From IMG/VR virus record IMGVR_UViG_3300005532_000002: a stretch of 59,884 nt of DNA. One strand, given 5' to 3'. Within the stretch, counting starts at the first letter, position 1; the number at the start of each line of letters is the position of its first letter. The DNA is from a virus. Positions 26,151 through 36,015 of the stretch are shown one piece after another. The notes under the pieces were generated by a model. It searched no databases. It was given only the letters and a program-made list of their open reading frames with translations, and was not told where the DNA came from. The position numbers were made by a program, and so were the translations under genes.

Positions 26151-26454
26151 TCGTGCCGCTCGTATAGGTTGTGCAGGCGAGCTGATACAGCACGCCGCGC
26201 TCGGGCTCGTTGACGATGATCGATGTCGGAGCGGTAAAGGATGCTGGCTGCCCGGTGGCATCAATGGTGCGCATAATCCAGGTCGTACCGCCGTCGAAGC
26301 TGCGCTGCAACTGCACCGTGCCCGAGAAGGTGCCCCAGATCGACACGTTGAACGCGCCGTAGAGCAGGATGGTCTGCGACTGGCCGGCGGCGGTGAACTG
26401 GCCGCCGAGGACTTGGTTCGCCTGGTCGACGCCGCCGGGCGCGGGAATGCCCAT
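26092..26454 (-). CDS. Hypothetical beta-rich virion-module protein
   Basis: ORF 26092..26454. Confidence 0.55.
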   Translation of the reverse strand: MGIPAPGGVDQANQVLGGQFTAAGQSQTILLYGAFNVSIWGTFSGTVQLQRSFDGGTTWIMRTIDATGQPASFTAPTSIIVNEPERGVLYQLACTTYTSGTISYRLSATGAAAMTWAPPS

Positions 26455-26457
26455 CGC

Positions 26458-27111
26458 TCAGGGCCGCTCGACGGGCGCCGTGCCGTGGACGCGGCGCGGG
26501 CCGAGATAGACCTGCGGCTCGGCCGGCTTGTCCTCGTCTTCCAGCACCTGCACCTTGGCGGCGGCAAGCGTGCCGGGGCGCCCGAGCGGCGAGACGGTCG
26601 CTTCCTCGCCGATGACCTGCGCGAGCCGCGGGCGGCGCAGATAGGCTTCGTAGGACTGGTCGGCGAGGTCCGGCGTGCGCCCACCGATCGAGCGCATGTA
26701 GAGCGCCATGACGCGGCGCGCGGCCTCGTTCTTCGGCTCCATCGCCTCGTTCGGGATTTCGGGATAGCGGATGCGCCTGCCCTGCGGCACGAGCACGTCG
26801 TCGCAGAAGAAGTCGGCCCGCAGTTCGTAGAGCGGGACCTCGCCCTTCTCGCGCAGCTCTTCGAGCAGCTCCAGCATCTCAGCATGCGCCTTGGCGCGCT
26901 GGCGCAAGAGGGCCGGCGGCACGGACTTCGGGCCGGACGCATTGGCCTGCGTCAGGGAGGCGATGGCGGCGGCAAGCTGGTCGGCGAAGGCCGCGGGGTT
27001 GAGGCCGACCGCGCCGCCCAAGGCCTCGTCGTAATCGCGGCCCGGCGCCGGCGGCTTGCCGGGGACGACGGCCGCCGTTTCGTTCGGCGGCCCGTGGCGT
27101 TGCGATTGCAT
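26458..27111 (-). CDS. Hypothetical head-module protein
   Basis: ORF 26458..27111. Confidence 0.55.
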   Translation of the reverse strand: MQSQRHGPPNETAAVVPGKPPAPGRDYDEALGGAVGLNPAAFADQLAAAIASLTQANASGPKSVPPALLRQRAKAHAEMLELLEELREKGEVPLYELRADFFCDDVLVPQGRRIRYPEIPNEAMEPKNEAARRVMALYMRSIGGRTPDLADQSYEAYLRRPRLAQVIGEEATVSPLGRPGTLAAAKVQVLEDEDKPAEPQVYLGPRRVHGTAPVERP

Positions 27112-27121
27112 CGGCTATGCC

Positions 27122-27631
27122 TCAAGCAACCGAAAATCCACTCGGATAGTACTTACCCATGAACTCGTCCGGATCGAGCACGATGCCGGCGAAGGCGATG
27201 CTGCCCGCGGTGAACGTGCCGGCCGGCGTGTAGAGGAGCCGCACAAAGCGCACGAGCGCGCCGTCCGGCAGCGAGCGCGGCACGTCGAAGGTGCCGATGC
27301 GCGCGCCCGCGGTCAGCGAGGCGGTCGGGATCGCGCCGGTTTCGGCAAAGGTCGTGTAGGTGCCGGGCTGGTTCGAGCCGTTGTCCGGCGCGCCCTGGAA
27401 GCTGACGTTCAGCGACGTGCCGCCGGCAAAGGCGGTGCCGACGAGGCAGAAGACGCGCAGCGGCCGGCCCTCGCCGACGTCCTCGCCGAAGACGGCGCCG
27501 GTACCGAAGGTTCCGGACGGCGGGTTGCCGGCGCCGGTGCCGGCGAGGTCGATGATGTTGGTCGAGGGCGTCGCCGACGAGATCGCCAGCGCCTGGTTGA
27601 GCGAGAACGTGCTCTGAGAATCCAAGATCAC
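27122..27631 (-). CDS. Bbp16-like capsid cement/decoration protein
   Basis: MILDSQSTFSLNQALAISSATPSTNIIDL.. N-terminus typical of the Bbp16 family (from memory). Lies immediately after the capsid gene. Confidence 0.7.
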   Translation of the reverse strand: MILDSQSTFSLNQALAISSATPSTNIIDLAGTGAGNPPSGTFGTGAVFGEDVGEGRPLRVFCLVGTAFAGGTSLNVSFQGAPDNGSNQPGTYTTFAETGAIPTASLTAGARIGTFDVPRSLPDGALVRFVRLLYTPAGTFTAGSIAFAGIVLDPDEFMGKYYPSGFSVA

Positions 27632-27698
27632 GATCGGATCTCCTCACAAAAGACAAAGCCGCCCGCGGGCGGCTCAAAGGATTGGCGGCTTGCGCCGG

Positions 27699-28742
27699 TC
27701 AGACGACGCGCGCCTCGGTGTTCAGGATCGTGTCCTGCACGCGGATCGGGATGCCGCGGAAGCTGGTCACCGGCTCGCCGGCGTAGTCCTTCGGCCCGAG
27801 CAGCACGTTGCGATCGCGGATCGCCTGCAGGTCTGCGTATTCGCGCGCGGTGCGGTTCATGTAGATCGCCGGCCGGATGCCGAGCGCGGGCTCGGAGGGC
27901 GCGTCGGTTTTGGTGATGCCGGACTGCATGCGCGCCATCCGCGGCAGCCGCACGACCGCCTTCGACAGCAGCGCGAAGATGTCCGGCGCATTCGAGCCGG
28001 CGAGCCCGGCCGCGGTCGTGTCGAGATTGGCGATGCGCACGACATAGCGCCAGTCCCTGACCGCAAGCCCCGCGTCCCAACAGAACCAGCTCGTATAGGC
28101 GCGGAACGGGTTGCCGTTGGCGTCGTAGGCGGGCACGACGTCGCCGCGGTCCTCGAACACGAGACCGGCCTTGGAGCCGCGCGGGAACACGCCGAAGGCG
28201 GTGTCCTCGCCCCAGCCGACGAGCCAGATCGAGGTGTTCGCCGAGCCCGTGCCGCCGCCGTCGAGCACGTTGACCGCGTTGGCCGCATTGGCGGTGGACA
28301 CGGTATTGAACAGCGGCGAAAAGCCGGTGAACTGCGCCGGCGAGACGGTGGCGTTTCCGTACACGAAGGTCTTGGCGACCTGCTGCGACATGCCCTCCAT
28401 AAAGGCATTGTCCTCGGTGTAGCGGAACTTTGCTACGTCGCCCGAGATCTGCGCCTCCTTGTAGTCGATGACGCTGAGGGCTTCGAGCGTGCCGCAGCCG
28501 ATCGTCATCTGGGCGGTGGTGGACTTCGACACCTGCACGCCCTGGTTCAGGTAGCGCCAGGTGCCGCTGGGCAGCGAGGTGCGCAGCGTCATGCGATGAC
28601 CGGTCGGGAGGTTCCCTTCCTGCCACACCATGTCGTCGTAGAGCTCGTTCGCCTGACTCAATATTTCGCATATATCGTCGATCTGACCCTCGGGATCGAG
28701 CCGACGCCCGAGGTCCAGCAACGTTAAGAAGGCCCCTTGCAT
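27699..28742 (-). CDS. Major capsid protein
   Basis: 347 aa, between scaffold and cement genes. WRYVVRIANLD and the N-terminal LTLLDLGRRLDP pattern of BPP-1-type capsid proteins. Confidence 0.8.
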   Translation of the reverse strand: MQGAFLTLLDLGRRLDPEGQIDDICEILSQANELYDDMVWQEGNLPTGHRMTLRTSLPSGTWRYLNQGVQVSKSTTAQMTIGCGTLEALSVIDYKEAQISGDVAKFRYTEDNAFMEGMSQQVAKTFVYGNATVSPAQFTGFSPLFNTVSTANAANAVNVLDGGGTGSANTSIWLVGWGEDTAFGVFPRGSKAGLVFEDRGDVVPAYDANGNPFRAYTSWFCWDAGLAVRDWRYVVRIANLDTTAAGLAGSNAPDIFALLSKAVVRLPRMARMQSGITKTDAPSEPALGIRPAIYMNRTAREYADLQAIRDRNVLLGPKDYAGEPVTSFRGIPIRVQDTILNTEARVV

Positions 28743-28745
28743 GGC

Positions 28746-29603
28746 CTAACTCCCTTGGGTTGTGGAATACCGGCGTTCATAGCGATTCCGCGCCGGCGCG
28801 GGTTGTGAAGCCGGGACCGGTCCCGGCTCGCGGTGGAGCTGCGCCAGCCCCTTGGCCGCATTGGCGAACCAGCGGATGACCGCCGGATGATCGCCGGCGC
28901 CGGTGAAGTCGAGGACGCGGGCGAATTCCTTGAGATGCGCGTCGTCGGTCGCGAACCGGTCGCGCAGCGCGCGCACCGCGGCGAGCGTGGTGTTGAGCCG
29001 GTTGCCGCCGATCTCGCGGTCCTCCGTCACCGCCTTGCGCCAGGCGGCGCGGGTCTCGCCGAAGACGCGGTGCTGCTCGGCCGCCATCTGCTCGTGAAAA
29101 TGCCGGACCTCGTCGGCGTAGAGGTCGATCAACTTCTGGCCCTGCTCCTGCGTCAGCCCGGCCTCGCCGATCAGATCGGTGAAGGCGGTCATGCGCTCGT
29201 CGTCGGGCGCGCCGACGTCGTCGGGCAGCTTGAACGGCTCATAGGTGAGCTTCGCCGGCTCCGGCGGCTCCTGAGCGGCAGTCGAAGGATCGGGCTGCGG
29301 CTCGCCCTCTTGCGGCTTCGGCTTCTCGGCCTCGCCGCCGAGCATCGACGGCTTGCCGTCGGGGACGGTTCCCGGTTCTGGCACCGGGGAAGGTTCTGCA
29401 GGGGCGGCCGCGCCGCCATCCGGCGCTGTCGATGCGGCGGGTTCGGATGTGGGGGCGCCAGTGTCAGCAGCGAGCGCGGCAGGCGCCGACGCGGTCTCGG
29501 ATGCCGCGGGAACAGAAACGGCCGCCTCTGTCGAAGCGGCCGGTCCTGAGCTTGTCAAAGGGGCGGGCGCGGCAGGCACTGCCGCCGGGGCGTCAGGTGG
29601 CAT
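28746..29603 (-). CDS. Scaffolding protein
   Basis: Ala/Pro/Glu-rich N-terminus and helical C-terminus, directly upstream of the capsid gene. Confidence 0.65.
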   Translation of the reverse strand: MPPDAPAAVPAAPAPLTSSGPAASTEAAVSVPAASETASAPAALAADTGAPTSEPAASTAPDGGAAAPAEPSPVPEPGTVPDGKPSMLGGEAEKPKPQEGEPQPDPSTAAQEPPEPAKLTYEPFKLPDDVGAPDDERMTAFTDLIGEAGLTQEQGQKLIDLYADEVRHFHEQMAAEQHRVFGETRAAWRKAVTEDREIGGNRLNTTLAAVRALRDRFATDDAHLKEFARVLDFTGAGDHPAVIRWFANAAKGLAQLHREPGPVPASQPAPARNRYERRYSTTQGS

Positions 29604-29952
29604 GCTCGGAGATCATCGTTGCCGTCAGATTCGGATGGTCGCGCAACAGCGTGCGCAGGATCTGCAACCCCACCTCGCGCTGGCCGAGATGGAAAAAGGT
29701 CGCGCTCTGCTGCTCGTGGCCGCTGGGCGCGACGCCGAAACGCGGATCCCACACGTGGCACAGCTCGTTGAGGACGCCGTAGAGCCAGTCCCGGCCGCCC
29801 GGGTCGACGAGCATGCGGGCGAGGAATTCCTGCCGCCGCTTCTCGCGCAGCTTCGCGTTCTTGCGGCGCTCGCGCACCTGCTTGGGATCGTTCGGGTCAT
29901 AGGCGGCTTCGGGTTGGGCGCCCTCTTCCGGGGCGATCGGATCGTCTGCCAT
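29593..29952 (-). CDS. Hypothetical head-module protein
   Basis: ORF 29593..29952. Confidence 0.55.
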   Translation of the reverse strand: MADDPIAPEEGAQPEAAYDPNDPKQVRERRKNAKLREKRRQEFLARMLVDPGGRDWLYGVLNELCHVWDPRFGVAPSGHEQQSATFFHLGQREVGLQILRTLLRDHPNLTATMISEHAT

Positions 29953-29955
29953 CGC

Positions 29956-30561
29956 CTATGCCCCGGGGGCGCGCAGAAACGGCACGGCGAGTTCGCCGAG
30001 ATGCAGCACGTCGCGCGACAGGTCGAGATCGCACCACACCGAAGCCCCGGCGGCGCGGGCGGCGCGGCAGAAGTTGACGTCCTCGCCGGTGATCGCGCCG
30101 GCCGCATCGTAACTATTGCGATACCACGGGCGCGGGAAGGCGCGGTAGACGGCGGCCCGGACCAGCATCAGCCCGGCCGGTAACCATTCGGCCTCGACGA
30201 GACCGCCGGCCGCGAGGTCGTGCGTCGGATCGAGAAAGCTGCCGGCGACCGGAAAGGGCGGCCAGCGCCCGCGATAGGTCGCCGCCGCAATGTCCGTGTC
30301 GTGCCCCAATAGCCGCAGCAGCGCTTCGGGCGGGAAGCGGTGGTCGGTGTCGAGCCACAACAGCCAGTCCGGCCGCCACGCCATCGCCTCTTCGACAAGA
30401 AGATTGCGGGCCTCCTCGACAAGCGTCCCTTTGCGATTCCACACGCCGATCTGCGTCGTGCCCATACTGTGGGCGACGAGCGCCGACAGCGCGATCGCGA
30501 AATCGGCGTGCACCATCGTGCCCGAAGGGATACACACAGCGACGCGCGGACGCTCGCTCAT
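29956..30561 (-). CDS. GT-A fold (family-2-like) glycosyltransferase
   Basis: Internal ATG (aa 141) in an ATGA overlap. VAVCIPSGTMVHADF..WLLWLDTDH (DxD-like motif). Confidence 0.6.
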   Translation of the reverse strand: MSERPRVAVCIPSGTMVHADFAIALSALVAHSMGTTQIGVWNRKGTLVEEARNLLVEEAMAWRPDWLLWLDTDHRFPPEALLRLLGHDTDIAAATYRGRWPPFPVAGSFLDPTHDLAAGGLVEAEWLPAGLMLVRAAVYRAFPRPWYRNSYDAAGAITGEDVNFCRAARAAGASVWCDLDLSRDVLHLGELAVPFLRAPGA

Positions 30562-30974
30562 GCCGACCTCGGCAGGATCAGCGTGCCGGGCGTGCCGGTC
30601 TTGCGCTCGGCGAGGTGTTGCACCTTGTCGCCGAGCGCGGCATAGACCTCGGCGAGGCGCCGCCAGCGCTGCGGGATCGGCACGGCGCCGGGCGCCACGA
30701 TCGGCGCGACAAGGCGCGCCCGCGCCAGATCCTCGGCGCGGCGCTGCACCGCGCCGTAGGCGCGCGCCTGCACGAGCCAGCGGGCATCGCCGCGCAGCAG
30801 CACCGCCATCTGCCGGCAGCCGCCTTCGAGGCGCTTGTTGATCGCGCCAAGGGCGCGCAGCTCGGAGCCATAGGTCGCGGTCAGGCTCGACGCCAGGGCG
30901 AGGCGGCGCGCGCACTCGGCGGCGTGGCGGTGATCCTCGATCAGCCGCGCCAGCACCTCGCGCTCGGTCAGCAT
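30558..30974 (-). CDS. Hypothetical protein
   Basis: ORF 30558..30974, start overlaps the portal stop by 1 nt. Confidence 0.55.
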   Translation of the reverse strand: MLTEREVLARLIEDHRHAAECARRLALASSLTATYGSELRALGAINKRLEGGCRQMAVLLRGDARWLVQARAYGAVQRRAEDLARARLVAPIVAPGAVPIPQRWRRLAEVYAALGDKVQHLAERKTGTPGTLILPRSA

Positions 30975-32812
30975 TACGCATTGCCTTGCGGTGCGTTGCC
31001 GATCAGTGCGCCGAGAGCGTTCTGGCCGCCGACCGGCGTCGTCCCGAGGTTCTTGGCCGCAACGGTGGCGGCCATCGCGGTCTGCGCCGCGGCCGCGGCC
31101 TGCTGCTGCTGCGCCCGCTGCTGGCGCACCCGCTGCATCTGCTCTCGGGCGACGAAGATCTTGGCCGGCACGCTGAGATCATCGCCGTAGAGGCGGATCA
31201 CCGCGTCGATGTCGAAATTGTCCATGACCTCGGGATGGGCGGCGTAGAGATTGCCGGCCAATGCCAGAGTGCGCTCGATCGCGGCGGTCTCGGCGGCGCG
31301 CTGCGCCATCGCCAGCATCGACACGTATTCGATCTGCACCGGGACGCCGCGCAGTGACGGCGGCGGCGGCGGCAACAGACCGCGCCGCTGCATGATCGCG
31401 AGATGCCGACGAATGCGCGGGGAGAGACACTCGTTCTGCAGGCGCTCGACGACGGGCCCCAACTGCGTCAGCTTCTCTTCGCGCCGCGCGTCGATCTCGG
31501 TCGCGGTGCGCACCGTGTCGAGCTGCGAGATCATCATGAACACGTCGTTGTAGAAGGCACCGCGAATGCGCTGCTGGATCTCCTTGATGTCTTCGACCAT
31601 GCCCGCGATGTTGGGCTGCACCTCGAACACCGGCCGCATGCCGGTCTGCGGGGTCAATGTCGGGACGTAGGTGATGTTGCCGGGCAGGCTCGAAGCCGGC
31701 TCGTTGCGCAGGCTCGCATCGGCGAGCAGCGGCGGCCGTACCTGCTTCTCGATCGCCTCGGCCTTGCGCCGGGTCTCGAGCTGCAGCTGCATGATGTCGG
31801 GCAGCGCGTCCATGCCGGGCGAGCGGCCGTAGGGATCGTTCGACACGGTCGACCAGCGCGGTGCCACAAACGGCTGCTCGTGAAAACCGCGCAGGCTCAG
31901 CGGCCGGATGCCGGGATCGCCGCGCAGCCAATAGGCCTCGCGATAGGTCCACTCGCCGCGCAGGGCTTGCGACGAGCCGCCGCCCTTGGCGCGCACCGGG
32001 AAATTCGGCTCGATCGCGTGCGCGACGATGCGCTCCTGGTCGAGCGCGCCGCCCTTGGTCTCCCACAGCGCCTGGATGTCCGGGCCGCAGTTTTCGAGGC
32101 CGAACATTTCGACGATCTGCGCCGTCGTCAGCGTGAACTCGCGATAGAAGCTCTCCTCGCGGAACTGGAAGCCCGCGGCGAGGAAATACTCGCCGGCGCA
32201 CGGATTGTAGCAGCGCAGAATGTCTTCCTCGTCCTCGTAGTCGATGACCGGCGCGGTGCCGAACACGACGAGGTCCTCGTACATCTGCGCGAGACTGTCG
32301 TAGAAATTGCTTTCGGCCTGGACGAAGCGCAGCCGCTCCTCGATCTCCTCGAACCAGAGCTGCCCGGCGCGGTCGAGCGGGTAGTTCGGGATCGCCGGGG
32401 TCAGCCGGAACCAGCGGCGGTTCGGGCTCGTGAGGCCGCTCATCAGCCCTGCGGCGCATACCCGCATCGCCAGCGTGCCGGTGGTATCGACGATGTCGCG
32501 GTTGATCGCGAAACCGCGGTTCATCGTATTGGGGGCGATGATAAAATGATATCGGCGCGGCAGGATGTAGCGCGCCAGCAACGCCCAATGCTCCCACCAC
32601 GAATTGCGCCACGAACGCAGGCTGGCGAGGCGGGTTTCGAGATGCGCCGACAGATCGGCCCAGGCCGGATCAGGCCGCTGCGCACGCGCGCGCGGCGCCA
32701 ATGCCGGCTCGGCCGCCAGCAGGGTCGGGCCACCGCGCTCATAATGCACGCGCGCCCCACTCGGCGCGCTCACTGAGCGCGCGGGGACCCCGGCAGCACG
32801 AGTGCTTTGCAT
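30974..32812 (-). CDS. Portal (head-tail connector) protein, podovirus type
   Basis: 612 aa downstream of TerL. SWRNSWWEHWALLARYILPRR pattern. Confidence 0.8.
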   Translation of the reverse strand: MQSTRAAGVPARSVSAPSGARVHYERGGPTLLAAEPALAPRARAQRPDPAWADLSAHLETRLASLRSWRNSWWEHWALLARYILPRRYHFIIAPNTMNRGFAINRDIVDTTGTLAMRVCAAGLMSGLTSPNRRWFRLTPAIPNYPLDRAGQLWFEEIEERLRFVQAESNFYDSLAQMYEDLVVFGTAPVIDYEDEEDILRCYNPCAGEYFLAAGFQFREESFYREFTLTTAQIVEMFGLENCGPDIQALWETKGGALDQERIVAHAIEPNFPVRAKGGGSSQALRGEWTYREAYWLRGDPGIRPLSLRGFHEQPFVAPRWSTVSNDPYGRSPGMDALPDIMQLQLETRRKAEAIEKQVRPPLLADASLRNEPASSLPGNITYVPTLTPQTGMRPVFEVQPNIAGMVEDIKEIQQRIRGAFYNDVFMMISQLDTVRTATEIDARREEKLTQLGPVVERLQNECLSPRIRRHLAIMQRRGLLPPPPPSLRGVPVQIEYVSMLAMAQRAAETAAIERTLALAGNLYAAHPEVMDNFDIDAVIRLYGDDLSVPAKIFVAREQMQRVRQQRAQQQQAAAAAQTAMAATVAAKNLGTTPVGGQNALGALIGNAPQGNA

Positions 32813-32821
32813 GTAACCCCG

Positions 32822-33067
32822 TCAGCCGCCCAAGAGCGAGCGCGTCGGGCCGGCCGGGTTCTTGAGCGCGGGCCGCGCCACGCGTGCGCCGGGCGCGCCC
32901 TGCGGTCCGGTCAGCATCGTGTTGGCAAAGCCGGCGCCGCTGAGCGCCGCCTCCTCGGCCGACTGGATGCCCTGCTGCATCGCCGGATTGGCGATCGTCG
33001 GCGGCGCGGGTGGCGGAGGCGGGGGAGGTGGGGGCGGGGGCAGCTTGGGTCCGCCAAAAAGGCCCAT
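32822..33067 (-). CDS. Small protein with an 11-proline run
   Basis: MGLFGGPKLPPPPPPPPPPPAPP.., between TerL and portal. Confidence 0.5.
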   Translation of the reverse strand: MGLFGGPKLPPPPPPPPPPPAPPTIANPAMQQGIQSAEEAALSGAGFANTMLTGPQGAPGARVARPALKNPAGPTRSLLGG

Positions 33068-33070
33068 TGC

Positions 33071-34513
33071 TCAATACCTCATCTGCGGCCTTCCCGCGTC
33101 TGGCAGCTTCCACAGGTCGGCGAACGGGTCGTAGTCCTGCGGCTGGCGCGGGCGCGGCGGCTGCCATTTCGGGCGCGGCGTCACCGGCGCGGCGAAGGTC
33201 AGCGCCAGCGCGTCGGCGTGATCCGGCGAGAAGCCGAGGCGCTCTTTGAGTTGCTCTTTGTCTTCGAGCAGCAATCGATCGCCGCGAAACGAATAGGTCG
33301 TCTGCGTCAGCGCCTGCGTCAGCTCCGGGCATTCCGGCAACTGGCCGCCGCGGCCGATCCATTCGACCAGCAGAAAATACATCTCGGCGCGCTTGTTGTA
33401 GTAGCGCGGATCGGCCGGCCTGGCCGAGAACTGCACGCCGATCGGATCGCGCTTCAGCCGGCGCAGCGCATCGACCCAGCCCGCGCCGTAGCCGCCGGTC
33501 TCGTCGACAAAGCAGGCGTCGGCCTCCCAATCGGCCCATTTGCGCGCGACCGCGCCGGCGCCCTGCATACTGTCGAGATTACGATATACCTTCGGCTCGA
33601 AGGCGATGATGCCTTGGCGCGGGAAAATCACCGAGGCGTCGTCGCCGAAGCGGCCGACGTCGACGCCGAGGATGCGCGCCTCGTGCTGCGCTGCGGTCGG
33701 ATGATGGCGGCGGCGCATGGCTTCGGCGATCGCATCGGGACCGATCAGCGTGTTCAGCGACCCCGGCGGGAACTTGCCGAGGACGTTCACCATGACGAAT
33801 GGGTTGTCGCGCCCGTATTTCTGGATCTGCTGCCGCGCCCATTCGATGTCGACGCGGCTGGCGCGGTTCGGGTCGTCCGGGTCGCCCGAGATCTCGACGA
33901 CATGCCACAGCGCCCGCTCGCTGGTGCAGGCCCGATAGAGCGGCCCCTCGAGCCGCGTCGGGTTGCCGGCCTGCACGATGTGGCATTCGATGCCGGTGGC
34001 GAGCGCCGCTTCCGCCGCGGCCATCACCGCGTCGGGAATGCCGCCGGTCTCGTCAAGCAGAAACAGCGTGTAATCGGCGTGCAGTCCGGCGAGCGTATCG
34101 GCCTGTTGCTGGGGGTCGGCGGATTGCGACCAGGCGCGCGCCGACATCCACCAGGTTTCCGGATGGTCCTTGGCGAAGATGCGCTCTTTCGTCCACTCGA
34201 ACGCGGCCTGCAACAACGGGCTTTTGGCGCGCCATTTGGCGAGCTCGGCCCACAGGCAATCACGCAGGTTGTCGCGGCTGATCGAGGTTGCGGCGATCTT
34301 CGGATGCGGCCGGGTCAGCAGAAAATTCCAGCCGATCCACGCGAGGACCGTCGATTTCCCGGGCCCCTTACTCGCCTTCATCGCGAGGCGCGGCGAGGCC
34401 GGGAACGCGCGCAGGACTTCGTCCTGCCACGGATCGGGCGTGGCGCCGAACACCTCGCGCACGAACAAATCAGGTCGCTCGCGCCAGCGGCGCAAGGCCT
34501 CGGCGGCGGCCAT
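33071..34513 (-). CDS. terL: Terminase large subunit
   Basis: Internal ATG (aa 40) overlapping the TerS stop. Walker A KASKGPGKS. Nuclease-type C-terminal half. Confidence 0.85.
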   Translation of the reverse strand: MAAAEALRRWRERPDLFVREVFGATPDPWQDEVLRAFPASPRLAMKASKGPGKSTVLAWIGWNFLLTRPHPKIAATSISRDNLRDCLWAELAKWRAKSPLLQAAFEWTKERIFAKDHPETWWMSARAWSQSADPQQQADTLAGLHADYTLFLLDETGGIPDAVMAAAEAALATGIECHIVQAGNPTRLEGPLYRACTSERALWHVVEISGDPDDPNRASRVDIEWARQQIQKYGRDNPFVMVNVLGKFPPGSLNTLIGPDAIAEAMRRRHHPTAAQHEARILGVDVGRFGDDASVIFPRQGIIAFEPKVYRNLDSMQGAGAVARKWADWEADACFVDETGGYGAGWVDALRRLKRDPIGVQFSARPADPRYYNKRAEMYFLLVEWIGRGGQLPECPELTQALTQTTYSFRGDRLLLEDKEQLKERLGFSPDHADALALTFAAPVTPRPKWQPPRPRQPQDYDPFADLWKLPDAGRPQMRY

Positions 34514-34968
34514 CAATCCTGCTTTGGTGGCACGAGGCTCTGCGCCACCAACTGCTCGAGCGTCAGAGTGCCGCTGTGCTCGACTTCCTGCTTGTCCCGC
34601 CAGCGTCGCGGCTGGCGGTTGCGCAGCCACAGCGAGGCGGCTTGCGTGTCGGGCGGGTAGTGCTCGGTATAGGGCGCATACACCGGCTCTTCCGCGCCGG
34701 CCGGCATGAAGATCTTGACCGCCTCGTGACTGTAGCCAAGGGCGCGCATGTAGAGCCGCTCGGCCACGTTCGCATCGGCGACCTCACGGCCTTCTAGGAT
34801 GGAGGCTCGAAACTCCGGATGTCGCTCTTTCCAGCGCTGGACCGTCGCTTCGCCGACCTTGAAAAAGCCAGCAATATCCTCGTCGGTCGCACCGAGCAGG
34901 CAGAGCTTGCGCACTTGCTCGGCATACTCCGGACGATAGGACGAGGGACGGCCGCCGGGGTGAGGCAT
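34513..34968 (-). CDS. terS: Terminase small subunit
   Basis: GRPSSYRPEYAEQVRKLCLLGATDEDIAGFFKVGEATVQRWKERHPEF. Confidence 0.8.
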   Translation of the reverse strand: MPHPGGRPSSYRPEYAEQVRKLCLLGATDEDIAGFFKVGEATVQRWKERHPEFRASILEGREVADANVAERLYMRALGYSHEAVKIFMPAGAEEPVYAPYTEHYPPDTQAASLWLRNRQPRRWRDKQEVEHSGTLTLEQLVAQSLVPPKQD

Positions 34969-34977
34969 GGCTTTGGA

Positions 34978-35334
34978 TCAGGGGATCGCGACAACCGTCC
35001 CGGCCGCGCCGAGCATGCCGCCGATGCCGAGCAGCGGCCCGAGCTTGGCGACGATCGGGAGCACGATCGGAGCACAAGAGCCTTCCGACTGGATGACGGC
35101 GACGCGGTAGACTTCGAGTGCCGTCGCGGCACCGATCTGCTGGCCGCTTTGGAACGCCTGAACGGCGGGGGCGAGATTACCCCAGCAGGTGGCACCTTGC
35201 GTGTCGCCGCCGGCCTGGGCGATCGCCTGTGCGGTGGCGACGTCGGCGGCGGCGATGCCGGCGACCGGGCGGCCGGGCTGCGCACAAGCGGCGAGGGCCG
35301 CGAACGCGGCGGCGGCGACGAGATGGCGGATCAT
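34978..35334 (-). CDS. Lipoprotein
   Basis: Internal ATG (aa 15) in an ATGA overlap. MIRHLVAAAAFAALAAC lipobox. Confidence 0.6.
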   Translation of the reverse strand: MIRHLVAAAAFAALAACAQPGRPVAGIAAADVATAQAIAQAGGDTQGATCWGNLAPAVQAFQSGQQIGAATALEVYRVAVIQSEGSCAPIVLPIVAKLGPLLGIGGMLGAAGTVVAIP

Positions 35335-35525
35335 GCGGTTTTGCCTTCCTTCAAAAACACCGCGACGGCACTGCAACCGGCGCCGACCGCGGCGATGGCC
35401 GCGCCGGCGGCGGTGAAGCCGGCGCCGATCAGCGAGGCGCCGAGGCCGCCGCAGAAGGCGGCGAAGCCGGCCCAGGTGCTGGGTTCGCGCAGGCGTGCCC
35501 AGAGAAAGGCGAGGGTCGGGCTCAC
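35331..35525 (-). CDS. Small glycine-rich two-TM membrane protein, holin candidate
   Basis: GTG in a GTGA overlap with the upstream stop. WAGFAAFCGGLGASLIGAGFTAAGAAIAAVGAG. Confidence 0.5.
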   Translation of the reverse strand: MSPTLAFLWARLREPSTWAGFAAFCGGLGASLIGAGFTAAGAAIAAVGAGCSAVAVFLKEGKTA

Positions 35526-36007
35526 GAGATCACCTCGAGGTAAGGCGAGATCAGCAGCAACAGATCGTCGGGGTCGATCTTGTTGACCGGGCAGGGCAGC
35601 GCCCACGGGCGCGGCCAGAAGCCGCCCTCGATCAGGGCGGCCGCGGCCAATTCCGAACAGAACCAGGCGTCCGGATCGCGCCAATTGCGCTCGACGAAAA
35701 AGGCGACGATGGCGGTATGATCGTATGCCTTGCCGATTTGCGCGCGCGCATAGCCGTAGACTGCGGCCGCGGTTTGTGTCGGCACGGCGACGACGAGACG
35801 GCGCGCGAAACTCTGATAATTGGCCGGGCGGATCTGCACGCCGCGGCCGTAGCCGCCCGGATTGTCGGCGCGCGCGCCGAGCAACCGGCCATCGGGCAAG
35901 ACGAGATCGACGTGACTCCACGACCCGTCATGCCCGAACCAGCGGATGACGGCCGAGCCGACGCCTTGTCCCAGCGAGAATTGCAGGACGACGCGATCCA
36001 GGTTCAA
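35522..36007 (-). CDS. Permuted papain-fold (YiiX/C92-like) cysteine peptidase/amidase
   Basis: TTG start in the frame of ORF 35522..36655. WSHVDLVL..GKAYD..WFCSELAAAAL (His before Cys). Confidence 0.55.
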   Translation of the reverse strand: MNLDRVVLQFSLGQGVGSAVIRWFGHDGSWSHVDLVLPDGRLLGARADNPGGYGRGVQIRPANYQSFARRLVVAVPTQTAAAVYGYARAQIGKAYDHTAIVAFFVERNWRDPDAWFCSELAAAALIEGGFWPRPWALPCPVNKIDPDDLLLLISPYLEVIS

Positions 36008-36015
36008 TGGGGCGC

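Noticed and set aside
32807-34660. 617-aa plus-strand ORF.
   Set aside because: It is antisense to the terminase large subunit, which has a clear Walker A motif.
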